Part shown: positions 52,275 to 61,908 of the stretch, piece by piece
How the letters are laid out: the number at the start of each line of letters is the position of its first letter
Numbering within the stretch: position 1 is the first letter of the stretch
Assembly: GCA_963835575.1 (NCBI GenBank)
Contig: CAWIGG010000002.1
Span: forward strand, 1,504,001-1,568,000
DNA from: an uncultured Spirochaetota bacterium
Lineage (GTDB): Bacteria > Spirochaetota > Brevinematia > Brevinematales > JAOACQ01
Reading direction: 5' to 3'
Length of the DNA stretch: 64,000 nt
The notes under the pieces: model-generated
The model's database searches: none
What the model saw: only the letters and a program-made list of their open reading frames with translations
What the model was told of the DNA's origin: nothing
Program-made: the position numbers and the translations under genes

Positions 52275-52910
52275 ATGAGCGTCCTGAACAAACTGGCCTG
52301 TGCTCTCGGACACAGGGACGAAGTCCCCAACCAGGAGCTGGCAAAAGAGCTTGTTTTAAAAAATGATTGGACCGGGATAAAAGAAATTGTCGATAATCTC
52401 TGGAATAAAGATAAGAATATCGCCAACGACTGCATCAAAACGCTTTATGAGGCCGGTTCTGTCAAGCCTGAATTTATCGAGGATTTTGCCGAAGATATAG
52501 CCCGGCTTTTAAAGGAAAATTTAAGCGGCTCGAATAACCGCATGGTCTGGGGCGCGATGATCACACTGGCTGTCATCGCCGGACGGAAAGCGGATGTGAT
52601 CATGGAGCATTTCGAGCTTATAAAAAAGGCGATAGAATCCGGTTCTGTCATCACTATCGATAACGGGATCAAAGCTCTTTCACAAGCGGCGGCGGCCGGT
52701 CCGGAATATAATAAAAAGATTTTTCCTTATTTAACCGGACTTCTTAAAACCTGCCGCCCTAAGAGCGTCGCACAATATTCCGAAAGCATTTTTACTGCGG
52801 TCAATCAGAATAATAAGAATGACCTCGTAATGGTTTTAAAAGACAGAATGGGAATTTTGACGCCTTCTCAGAAGGCAAGGGTCCAAAAGCTCCTGAAAAA
52901 GATCGGTTGA
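52275..52910 (+). CDS. Hypothetical alpha-helical (HEAT-like) protein
   Basis: 211-aa ORF with GGAG RBS; RDEVPNQELA, NNRMVWGAM. Confidence 0.65.
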   Translation: MSVLNKLACALGHRDEVPNQELAKELVLKNDWTGIKEIVDNLWNKDKNIANDCIKTLYEAGSVKPEFIEDFAEDIARLLKENLSGSNNRMVWGAMITLAVIAGRKADVIMEHFELIKKAIESGSVITIDNGIKALSQAAAAGPEYNKKIFPYLTGLLKTCRPKSVAQYSESIFTAVNQNNKNDLVMVLKDRMGILTPSQKARVQKLLKKIG

Positions 52911-52922
52911 GGAATTTAATAA

Positions 52923-53017
52923 TCCGCTAATTCACGCGAATGGACGCGAATTTGAAGTCTGGAAACAGTATTTTAAAAAATATTATTCATTAGCGTGACT
53001 TCGCGTGGCTTAGCGGA
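52923..53017. repeat. Periodic inverted repeat (ACGCGAAT type)
   Basis: TCCGCTAATTCACGCGAATGGACGCGAAT ... ATTAGCGTGACTTCGCGTGGCTTAGCGGA. Confidence 0.7.
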
Positions 53018-53065
53018 AGACCCATTTGTTGAATTTTCAAATTAATATTCTTATTATTATATAAA

Positions 53066-53425
53066 ATGCTCAAAGAAGGTTTTATGAAGTTCCCATTAGT
53101 ATTTTTTATCCTTGTCGTTACCACCTCCTGCGCTGATTTCAAGAAAAGCCTGGACCTATCGGTTTTACAGGATATTTATCATCAATCGATGCAGCGAGAT
53201 TTCAATCCCGGTTCTCCCGGTGATTTATCCAATTATATTGCAGGCTTTAATATCTTGTCCGAAACGAACATATTCGATTTATCATCAATAAAAACAACAA
53301 ATCTCGACAGACGGCGTCTGGATAGTCCCGACAAACAAAAGCTCATAATGAAAAAAATCATTTTTCCTTCCTGTCTCAAAAAATCAAATCAAAAAACTCT
53401 TGGAAAAATGAAAAAAAAGTGCTAA
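53066..53425 (+). pseudogene. Truncated lipoprotein-like paralog of the downstream hydrolase N-terminus
   Basis: MQRDFNPGSPG...KIIFPSCLKKSN aligns by eye with MQDDFNLSKPG...KLTFPSFFRKSN of 53591-54628, then stops. Confidence 0.55.
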
Positions 53426-53590
53426 AATTAAAATATACCGGAATGAAATATTAACAATTCTGTCAATATCAATAAATTTATGTTTTACCTTGAGTGCCTT
53501 TTCAAGGCCTGAAAAACCCGAATAGTTTTTTGAGAATGTTTTTTGTCTATTCCAAAATTTATTTTTTAAGGAAGAGAAGGAAAGGAGTCT

Positions 53591-54628
53591 ATGCTTAACG
53601 GTAATATTAGTATTATTATGCTGCTGAAATTAATTCTCTCAGGCCGTTTTAATCTGAAAGCCGAACTGGACAAGGCGGGACTTTCGGCCATCACACAGAT
53701 GATGCAGGATGATTTCAATCTGAGCAAACCCGGTGAATTTCTCAATTTCATGCAGAATATCAGAAGTTTTCATCCGGCCACACCTCCGGATTTTTCACAA
53801 TTCCATTTTGAAGAGCTCCGGCACTGGAAACTGGCCCATCATCACCTGAATCAGCAAAAACTGACTTTTCCATCATTCTTCAGAAAATCGAACGATCCTG
53901 AGGACAGGGCGGTCTTTTACCTCTATTCAAAAGGAAGCCTAAAAGGAAAAAAAATGGTGCTGTGGATCCCGGGATTCACTGTCTCCGATTTTTTCTTCCC
54001 TTTTATAAAAAAATGGTTTAATATAGCCCTGGATCATGACTACAATGTCCTCTTTTATAATATCCCCTGCCATCTTGAGCGTATTCTCCGGGGAAAACAT
54101 AACGGCGAAGGCTTATTTACGGCCAGCGCGATAGGAAATATTGAAACCATTTACAATTCACTTCTGGAAATTAATTCAGCCCTGGCATATTTCAAAAAGC
54201 AGGGAGTTGCCTCATTCAGCGGGTGGGGCTGTTCAGTCGGCGGTACTCTGCTCCTCCTCGCATCCACTTATGAGATGTTCGATCACATGGCATTAACAAT
54301 CCCGATTGTCGACTGGAACACAATTCTCTTTAACCCTTATTTAAAAAAAGTCATCAAAGCGAACATCAAAACCGGTTATTCAAAAGGGATGATTGACTTT
54401 ACCTACAGTCTGATCAGCCCCATTCACTACCGGTCGCTGGTCGACCCGGCGCGTATTCAGCTGCTTTACGGTCAATACGATCAGTTGAGCCCGGAAAAAA
54501 CAATATTGAAATTCGCCAGATCCTGGAAAATCAAAAATGTCCATTCTTATCCTGACAGCCATGGTTCCATTGTTTTCAACAAAAACTTATTCCAGGATTA
54601 CTCCTGTTTTTTAGATACTTTAACTTGA
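53591..54628 (+). CDS. Alpha/beta hydrolase fold protein
   Basis: Nucleophile elbow GCSVGG, GQYDQL, SHG. Confidence 0.8.
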   Translation: MLNGNISIIMLLKLILSGRFNLKAELDKAGLSAITQMMQDDFNLSKPGEFLNFMQNIRSFHPATPPDFSQFHFEELRHWKLAHHHLNQQKLTFPSFFRKSNDPEDRAVFYLYSKGSLKGKKMVLWIPGFTVSDFFFPFIKKWFNIALDHDYNVLFYNIPCHLERILRGKHNGEGLFTASAIGNIETIYNSLLEINSALAYFKKQGVASFSGWGCSVGGTLLLLASTYEMFDHMALTIPIVDWNTILFNPYLKKVIKANIKTGYSKGMIDFTYSLISPIHYRSLVDPARIQLLYGQYDQLSPEKTILKFARSWKIKNVHSYPDSHGSIVFNKNLFQDYSCFLDTLT

Positions 54629-54646
54629 TATATTAACAATAGCTTT

Positions 54647-55768
54647 ATGATGAAATATTTTGAAAAGGATTTTAAATCCATCCTCAATGTCCGGAAGATG
54701 ATCGACGGCTGGTTCTGGGATAAGTACGGCATCAATCCCTATAACGGCTGTCAGTTCGGCTGCGTTTACTGCGACTCCCGGAGTCAGAAGTATTACCTGC
54801 CGCTGGATTTTGAAAATACCATTGTAATAAAAAAGAATATCGGAGAAATTCTTGACAGCCGCCTTAAGAATGCGCGGACTTTGCCTGCAGATGTAGTCGG
54901 AATCGGAGGAACAACTGACCCCTATCAGCCGGCTGAAACTCTATATAAAAACACGCTGATATGTCTTGAAATCCTCCTAAAATACGGCTACCCTGTCCAC
55001 ATCTGTACTAAATCACGTCTCGTCGCAAGAGATATGAACCTGCTGGAAGAAATAGGACGGAAAAGCTGGTGCACAGTTTCTTTTACCATCACTACTATGA
55101 ATTCTGATAAAGCGCGCTTTCTTGAACAAAACGCTCCTGGGCCGGAATTACGTCTGGAAGCCCTCAGTACACTGAAACAGAAAACTAGTCATGTCCAGGC
55201 CGGTATTTTGCTGATGCCTGCAGTGCCGGGCATTACCGATGATTACGGAGAAATGGAAGATCTGATAAAAAAGGCAAAAGATGCCGGGGCCGGTTATATT
55301 ATCTTCGGTGCAGGTTTAACATTAAGGGATCTGCAGGCGGGCTGGTACCTAAAACATTTAAATGGGGCCCGCCCGGAGCTTATACCGTTCTATGAAGAGC
55401 TTTATCATTTTCAATACAATGGGAATTTTTATTCCGGAAGCTATATGCCGGCGGCGTCTTATGCAATTAAAATATCAAATATCTTTTTTGAGTTATGCGG
55501 AAAACACAATATGCCCTGCCGGATCAAACGTTTCATTCCGGATGATTATAGAAAAGATAATTACCGCATCGCCGAAGGCCTTCTCAACCGTTCTTACTTC
55601 AAACAATCTGAAGGAGCTTCCTATTATAATGATTTCTGGGCCGGACAAAATATTCAAAACCTCAAGGAACCGATAAGGGATATCGCCGTAAGAAATGAAT
55701 TAAAAAAAATCCGGAGCGTGGATGATCAAATTGAGGCTTTGATAAAGAAAGAATTGAATTTAAAATAA
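54647..55768 (+). CDS. Radical SAM protein (SplB/Rv2578c-like)
   Basis: INPYNGCQFGCVYC, TDPYQPAE, ICTKS. Confidence 0.88.
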   Translation: MMKYFEKDFKSILNVRKMIDGWFWDKYGINPYNGCQFGCVYCDSRSQKYYLPLDFENTIVIKKNIGEILDSRLKNARTLPADVVGIGGTTDPYQPAETLYKNTLICLEILLKYGYPVHICTKSRLVARDMNLLEEIGRKSWCTVSFTITTMNSDKARFLEQNAPGPELRLEALSTLKQKTSHVQAGILLMPAVPGITDDYGEMEDLIKKAKDAGAGYIIFGAGLTLRDLQAGWYLKHLNGARPELIPFYEELYHFQYNGNFYSGSYMPAASYAIKISNIFFELCGKHNMPCRIKRFIPDDYRKDNYRIAEGLLNRSYFKQSEGASYYNDFWAGQNIQNLKEPIRDIAVRNELKKIRSVDDQIEALIKKELNLK

Positions 55769-55770
55769 AA

Positions 55771-55951
55771 CCTGACATCAATAATATTTTGGAACCTCGC
55801 TGTTATGCTGAATATTGCAGCCCCACACCATTTTGTGTGCTTCACCGGTGCGGCCGGCCTGACAAAATAGTGCGGAGCAGCGCTTTTTTATTATCTTGAA
55901 GATTTTTATTACCGGGGCGGAACCAAAAATTCATAGTTTTTGGTTCCGCCC
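55771..55951. repeat. Diverged copy of the MITE-like family with a different central hairpin
   Basis: The right unit GGGCGGAACCAAAAA...TTTTTGGTTCCGCCC-TTAA and the linkers align with the 204-bp element; the central hairpin is CACCATTTTGT...ACAAAATAGTG. Confidence 0.7.
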
Positions 55952-56015
55952 TTAAATAATTGCATCCCTCTTTTTGACATAACAGCCGTTTAATTATATT
56001 ATTAATTCAGCATAC

Positions 56016-56750
56016 ATGACAGGCCTTGTTTTAAGGAATTTTATGCTGAGTAAAATCATGAGTTATCTTTTTCCGCAAAAATGCGTTTCATGCGGAAAAA
56101 CATGTGAAGGCGATTCGCATCATTATATCTGCCCTGAATGCTTTTCATCGCTTCACCCCCTCACAAAAATACCCGGGAAAAAATGCGGAACATGTTCCAC
56201 TTTTTTATATAATTCAATTAAAGACCTGTGTTATTCCTGTCTTCAGAACCGGTATTATTTTTCTCACAATACATCGCTTTTTTATTATAAGGAGCCGGTT
56301 ATCCGCGAACTGGTGCGCCGGATGAAATTCCTCAATAATAAAAAGGCCGCTTATGATCTGTCTCATCTGCTCAAGGATAATATCCGGGATTATCTTTTAA
56401 GGAACACTTATGATTTACACCTTGTGACGCCGCTTTCCAGGGAATCATTTAAAAAAAGAGGCTTCAATCAGGTTTCGATGATCCTCAATTTGTGCGATAT
56501 TCCTTTTACTGATATCCTTTACCGGAAAAGCCATGTAAAGCATCAGAGCGAATTATCCGCCGATGAAAGGAAAGAAAGCATAAAAAACCAGTTTCAGATT
56601 AATGAAAATGAAAAGTATATGATAAAAGACAAAAAAATCTTATTAATAGATGATATATTTACCACCGGCAGCACAGTTAATGAAGTCAGCCGGATTCTGA
56701 CATTAAACGGAGCTTCTTCTGTAGGAGTGCTGACTTTTTTCAAGGACTGA
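56016..56750 (+). CDS. comF: ComF family protein
   Basis: Zinc ribbons (CVSC, CPEC, CGTC), RGFNQ, LLIDDIFTTGST. Confidence 0.9.
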   Translation: MTGLVLRNFMLSKIMSYLFPQKCVSCGKTCEGDSHHYICPECFSSLHPLTKIPGKKCGTCSTFLYNSIKDLCYSCLQNRYYFSHNTSLFYYKEPVIRELVRRMKFLNNKKAAYDLSHLLKDNIRDYLLRNTYDLHLVTPLSRESFKKRGFNQVSMILNLCDIPFTDILYRKSHVKHQSELSADERKESIKNQFQINENEKYMIKDKKILLIDDIFTTGSTVNEVSRILTLNGASSVGVLTFFKD

Positions 56751-56757
56751 TTTTTAA

Positions 56758-56877
56758 GAGCAGTTCAAAAACCAACAAAATACATTGGAATTAAGAACAT
56801 ATTTTTCTCAAAGTACAATATTTTAGTCATTTCCAAAAACACCAGATTGATATTTATGGCAGTTTTTGGAAATGCCC
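56758..56877. repeat. 120-bp short member of the MITE-like family
   Basis: GAGCAGTTCAAAAAC ... GTTTTTGGAAATGCCC flanked by TTAA on both sides. Confidence 0.78.
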
Positions 56878-56937
56878 TTAATTAAAACTTAAATATTTCC
56901 GATATTTTCAAGGTATAGTATATGAGAGGTCGGCCGA

Positions 56938-59793
56938 ATGGCTAAATATAATAATATTCTGAAATACCTGGGAAAAGAAGATTCTTATTCTCCGGAACAG
57001 GTATTAAAAGGAATTAATTCCGCTGAAGTACAGGAAAATCTTGATAATCTGACTAATTTACCCCAGGAAAATATCGACAATATGGAAAACCTGATTAGAG
57101 GAAACATTTCCGGGCAAGTGCCGGCCGCCGAAGGATCAGGGACAGCCTCAATTATAGAAATAGACCCGGATGTTATAAAAGAAATAGAAAGCCTGGATAC
57201 TCAGCCGCCGAATATAGCCGAACTTCAGGCAAGGCTGCAGGTGCAAAACTATGAAGCAATGCCGGAAGCTGCCGGGCCTGTTGAAAGCGCTGAAACTGCG
57301 GAAACCGCACCAGTTATGGAAACGCCTGAAGGCGGCGAGGATCTATCTCCCATTATGGAGCCTCAATTCAGGGAAATGCCCTCATTTGAAGAACCGACCC
57401 TGCAGGAAGAAAAACCTGAAACGCCGATTGAAATTCAAAAGACTGAAGAAAGCGTTCTGCCGGATATCTCCGAAATGCTTAGGGATATTACTCCTTCAGA
57501 AAAAGCGCCGGCCGCGGCGGATGAAGAAATGCCGTCATTAAGCGAATTCTTTGAGCCGTCAGAAACAAAGGAAGCCCCAATTCCCGAATTTGAGATGCCC
57601 GAAATTAAACCGTCTGAAGAAATAAAGATTCCGGAAACACCCGCGGCGCCGCCTCCTTTCGAATTACCAGAAATTAAAACTGAAACAGCCCCGTCTGAAA
57701 GGCCCATTGAGATGCAGATTCCAGAAGAAAAAGCCGGGGCTATGCCTGTTATTGAAAATATTCCGGTTTCAGAAAAAAAGCCTTCCGAAGAGCCTAAGGG
57801 AAAAAGCGAATTGGATCATGATAAAGCGCTGAAGGTCAGGGAAAAAATCAACAAACTTTCGGATCATATTCTCAGAAGGAAAATAAGACAGATCATACTG
57901 GAATCGAAAATTCCCGCCGATGTCATCCAGCAGATCATTACTCTGCTCCTGAACAACGAAAATGAAGCGAAAATCCGGGCTATTGTCGATATGCATATGC
58001 CTGATGAAATAATCCGCGAAAAAGCCCCGAAAAAAGAAAGAGCCCCCGGAGCCGGAAGAAGAGTGATCTATACAGAGGAAACCAAACGGGTAAAGGAATT
58101 CCGTAGAGAATTCACGGGAGCCACCCGTTATATGCTGGCTTTCATTATTTTTATCGTTGCCTTAGTTATTTCAATATGGCAGCTGGTCTGGATTCCTTAT
58201 ACTGCCGGTATCCATTTTAAAAAAGGCATCACTTACTTTAAAATTCATAATTATAATGCCGTCGAGCTCGAATTTGAGGCGGGGAAAAGAATTGATGATT
58301 CCCGTATCGGCGGGCCCGATCTAAACTGGAATAGTGTTTACGCATCCAGATATATCGAGCAGAAGCTTTACGACGATGCCAGAAAGAAATTTGAAGACGC
58401 ATTGGCATATAACCCGTATCACAAAGAAACTATTTATAATTATGCCGATTTTTACAAGAATTATTACTATCCGCCGCGTTTTGACACCGCCATTAAATTA
58501 TACGGCGTTCTTACCAATAAATGGCCTGACAATTTTGAATATCTGGACAAAATCGGAACAACGGAAATCGAATGGGGGGACAGAAGCACAGATCCCAATG
58601 AGAAAGCCGCTCATTATGTGGATGCGAACAGTCTTTATGAAAACTATGTCCAGAAACCGAGCCATAAAAAGCATGTGGACAGCTATTACCGCCTTATGGA
58701 CATTGCGCTCCGTGTGACAAATAAAGATAGAATCGATATTCTTTATGACACAATTGACCATTATAACAAAACCGCGGTAAATACTCATTCTCTCACAGGT
58801 CTGGCCAGATATTATATCGATAACAGAAGGCTTGACAGGGCAAAGCTGGTTTTTGAAAAAATGATACCGACAAAGCCGCAATACGATGAAGCTTATTATG
58901 AGTATGCCCGCTTCCTGACCATCAATCTGGATTTTTACAGGGCAATTCAGGCCATCTCAAATTCCATTATTCTTAACAGCAGGAACGGTAAAGCATACAA
59001 TCTGCTCGGCGAGATTTATTATGTGACAGCCAGCATATCCAATACAAATGTTATCATCAATGCCATCAAGCAGTTTGAAAATTCCATTCAGTTCAGTCCG
59101 AATTATTATAAGCCCTTTGCCAATCTCGGCCATATATATTTCTATAACAAATTAAATTTTGACCGTCCGGAAGAAGCGCTTAAAAAAGCCTTTGATTATT
59201 ATAAAACCGCCCTGATACTTCTGGAAAAGGACAAAACCGATGAACTTCTTTCCTACAACATAGGCTGGCTGTATTATAAATACGGGGAATACACCAACGC
59301 TTATAATGAATTCGGTAAAATTTATGTTGATGATCCTCATAACCCGGTTTTATCTTACAACATAGGCAATATTTATTTTTATTGGAAAAATTACAGCTTT
59401 GCCCTTATAGAATTTGATAAAGCCATCGAATATTACCAGACTATAGCCGATAAAATCGGCTACATAAACCCGGAATTGGACAGGCATAAGGAAATCTATA
59501 CTCAGCTTGCCAGATGCTATAATAACCGCGGCGTGACTTATGCCATTATGGCAAAAAAATATAAGAATGAAGCGACGCAATTCGACCAGAATGCCCTGCT
59601 GGATTTTTACCGGGCCAAAGACAACGCGAATAAAATAAATTCCATCTATAACTTCGCGGAATACAACATCAAATTCATGATTAACAGAAGCATAAAAAAG
59701 AAAGTGCCCGCTCTTGACAATGAACTTGTCAAACGCACCACCCTGCAGAGGTTTATCGAAGAATTCAAGCAAAAAATGATCACGAACATCTGA
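56938..59793 (+). CDS. Large TPR membrane protein, FlcA-like periplasmic flagellar collar protein
   Basis: Acidic Pro/Glu-rich N-terminal region, one TM and a long C-terminal TPR array. The architecture matches spirochaete FlcA; the assignment is inferred. Confidence 0.55.
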   Translation: MAKYNNILKYLGKEDSYSPEQVLKGINSAEVQENLDNLTNLPQENIDNMENLIRGNISGQVPAAEGSGTASIIEIDPDVIKEIESLDTQPPNIAELQARLQVQNYEAMPEAAGPVESAETAETAPVMETPEGGEDLSPIMEPQFREMPSFEEPTLQEEKPETPIEIQKTEESVLPDISEMLRDITPSEKAPAAADEEMPSLSEFFEPSETKEAPIPEFEMPEIKPSEEIKIPETPAAPPPFELPEIKTETAPSERPIEMQIPEEKAGAMPVIENIPVSEKKPSEEPKGKSELDHDKALKVREKINKLSDHILRRKIRQIILESKIPADVIQQIITLLLNNENEAKIRAIVDMHMPDEIIREKAPKKERAPGAGRRVIYTEETKRVKEFRREFTGATRYMLAFIIFIVALVISIWQLVWIPYTAGIHFKKGITYFKIHNYNAVELEFEAGKRIDDSRIGGPDLNWNSVYASRYIEQKLYDDARKKFEDALAYNPYHKETIYNYADFYKNYYYPPRFDTAIKLYGVLTNKWPDNFEYLDKIGTTEIEWGDRSTDPNEKAAHYVDANSLYENYVQKPSHKKHVDSYYRLMDIALRVTNKDRIDILYDTIDHYNKTAVNTHSLTGLARYYIDNRRLDRAKLVFEKMIPTKPQYDEAYYEYARFLTINLDFYRAIQAISNSIILNSRNGKAYNLLGEIYYVTASISNTNVIINAIKQFENSIQFSPNYYKPFANLGHIYFYNKLNFDRPEEALKKAFDYYKTALILLEKDKTDELLSYNIGWLYYKYGEYTNAYNEFGKIYVDDPHNPVLSYNIGNIYFYWKNYSFALIEFDKAIEYYQTIADKIGYINPELDRHKEIYTQLARCYNNRGVTYAIMAKKYKNEATQFDQNALLDFYRAKDNANKINSIYNFAEYNIKFMINRSIKKKVPALDNELVKRTTLQRFIEEFKQKMITNI

Positions 59794-59801
59794 ATTGATC
59801 T

Positions 59802-60947
59802 ATGAATAAAATTGATAAAACATTATTTTATGATATTATTTTTCTTTTCCTCATAGGTATTATTTTTGTTTACAGTTCCAGTTATTATATCGCCCAGAAA
59901 TACACCCGGAATCCCTATTATTTTTCGGTCCGGCAGATTCTATGGTCTTCAGTATCATTCCTTTTTCTGCTCTTTTTTGCGCGTTTTGATTATCATAACT
60001 TAAAAAAATATGTCAAGCCGATGGTTTTTATTACCGTTATTCTTTTACTTATTGTATTTATCCCCGGAATAGGAAGGGAAAGCGGCGGCGCAAGGCGCTG
60101 GATTGACTTCAGACTTTTCTCTTTCAACCCGTCAGAACTGGCAAAATTGACCATTCTTATCTACCTGGCTTATATCCTGACAAAAAAGCAGTCAAAACTC
60201 GAAAACTTCACTTTCGGACTTTTACCGCCTTTACTTCTTGTTGCCGCAATTTTCTTCATCATTCTGATGCAGTCCAATTTCTCCACAGCGGCCCTGCTCC
60301 TGCTGGTCGCTTTTTTTGTTTTTTTTGCCGGGGGAGCGTCCCTCAGACATATATTTTCAATAATCATTATGAGCCTTCCCGTTCTTATTACCTTTATTAT
60401 TCAGGTTTCTTATAGAAAGATACGCATTCTTTCTTTTATAAATCCCTGGAGCGATATGACCGGAAACGGGTACCATATCATTCAATCATTAAAATGTTTC
60501 GCGGAAGGCGGACTTTTTGGCGTCGGACTGGGAAACAGCATTCAGAAGATGGGCAGGCTTCCGACCCCTCATACTGATTTTATCTTTTCAATTATTTCCG
60601 AGGAAACGGGGATTATCGGCGCGCTTCTTATCGGGCTTCTTTATCTCATATTTTTTATTAAAGGGACCCTGACAGCAAAAAAATGCCCGGATAAATTCGG
60701 CCAGCTCCTTGCCTATGGAATAACAATGCTGATTACCACTCACGCTTTCCTGAATATGGGCATAGCGGCCGGCATCTTTCCGCCTACCGGCGTTTCTCTT
60801 CCCTTCATCAGTTACGGAGGTTCTTCAATACTCATAATGGCCGTTTCCTGCGGGATTTTACTCAATATTGCCCGTCAGAACCCGGCCGTAACAAACCCTG
60901 TCCCTATCCGGAAGGAAATTGAAACGCTCATAGATGATAGTCTGTAA
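59802..60947 (+). CDS. ftsW: SEDS family lipid II polymerase FtsW
   Basis: GARRWI, NPSELAK, GYHIIQS, LPTPHTDFIF, LPFISYGGSS. Confidence 0.92.
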   Translation: MNKIDKTLFYDIIFLFLIGIIFVYSSSYYIAQKYTRNPYYFSVRQILWSSVSFLFLLFFARFDYHNLKKYVKPMVFITVILLLIVFIPGIGRESGGARRWIDFRLFSFNPSELAKLTILIYLAYILTKKQSKLENFTFGLLPPLLLVAAIFFIILMQSNFSTAALLLLVAFFVFFAGGASLRHIFSIIIMSLPVLITFIIQVSYRKIRILSFINPWSDMTGNGYHIIQSLKCFAEGGLFGVGLGNSIQKMGRLPTPHTDFIFSIISEETGIIGALLIGLLYLIFFIKGTLTAKKCPDKFGQLLAYGITMLITTHAFLNMGIAAGIFPPTGVSLPFISYGGSSILIMAVSCGILLNIARQNPAVTNPVPIRKEIETLIDDSL

Positions 60948-60951
60948 TTCA

Positions 60952-61077
60952 GTACATTTCTAAAAATCGGCAAAATTCTCGATAACAGAGAACATCTGTC
61001 ACTGATTTTTTAATATTTCATTCAGTTCCGAACTTTACAGCGGAATTTCCGAACCAAATAGATTTTTGGGCCTGCCT
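60952..61077. repeat. Highly degenerate member of the MITE-like family
   Basis: GTACATTTCTAAAAATCGGCAAAAT...GAACAT...CAGTTCC...TTTTTGGGCCTGCC parallels 603-680 and 56758-56877. Confidence 0.4.
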
Positions 61078-61249
61078 TTGAGATATTTTCATTTTTTTCT
61101 GTCTTGAGAAAAATAATGCCCGAAATTCGCGAATTTATGCTATATATTTATATATAAATAATAATATTTTAAATCTTTTACATTTTTTATAATTCTTTTA
61201 TAATAATAGAGGGAAAAAGGATTTTGTTTTTTCTTAGGAGGAGGGATTT

Positions 61250-61867
61250 ATGAAAATAGCGGATATTTTAACGGAAAAAACGGCTTTAGAGAACCTGGCT
61301 TATAAAAAGAAAGCGGCCCGGAACACGCTTATATCGGAAGACTCAAATCAAAATTCAAATCTCAAGGATATTTTTAATTCAGACAAGAAAATCTCTGCGG
61401 ATATAACTAAGATCAATCAGCTAGAAAAGAGCTATTTAAAAGACAATCTCAGCTTGAACGGGCTTTTTGAACTCCAGAATAAAGTCAATGCCTTTGAAAG
61501 CAGCGCCGGCATTTCTTCGCCGGATTATAATCAATTATCTCATGAACTGAGCGCGATTGTCAATTCCACAAAATATAACGGTGAGAACATCATCAGCTAC
61601 CTCAGCACGAATATTCAGGACAGGAAATCCCTGTATACCTTTAAATCCAATTTAGACGCTGAAATTACCAATACTCAAACCAAGCTGGCCGACGAAAGAA
61701 AGAACCTGGCGCAATACCTTGTTAAGCAGGAAAACCTTGAAGTGGCCCGTGATTTTTCTTCCGATAAAACTGTTCGGGACATAACACAGGCATTGAATAA
61801 GAACAACAGCCGTTCTCTCTTCAAAGAAATGTCTAATGTCAGTTCACTGCTTGGGTTGGAAAAATAA
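61250..61867 (+). CDS. Hypothetical helical protein with flagellin-like motifs
   Basis: GGAGG RBS; ELSAIVNSTKYNGENII, QENLEVA and C-terminal NVSSLLG. Confidence 0.5.
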   Translation: MKIADILTEKTALENLAYKKKAARNTLISEDSNQNSNLKDIFNSDKKISADITKINQLEKSYLKDNLSLNGLFELQNKVNAFESSAGISSPDYNQLSHELSAIVNSTKYNGENIISYLSTNIQDRKSLYTFKSNLDAEITNTQTKLADERKNLAQYLVKQENLEVARDFSSDKTVRDITQALNKNNSRSLFKEMSNVSSLLGLEK

Positions 61868-61908
61868 AAGGGGTAAACTACACTCGAGCCTAATATAAGG
61901 GAGCTTTT

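Noticed and set aside
56879..56905. Sigma28-like promoter (TAAT-N15-TCCGATAT) before the FlcA-like gene
   Set aside because: Both boxes deviate from consensus in very AT-rich DNA, so it cannot be supported without start-site data.
57240..57800. Low-complexity Pro/Glu repeats in the TPR protein
   Set aside because: This is an ordinary disordered acidic linker with no exact tandem nucleotide repeat.
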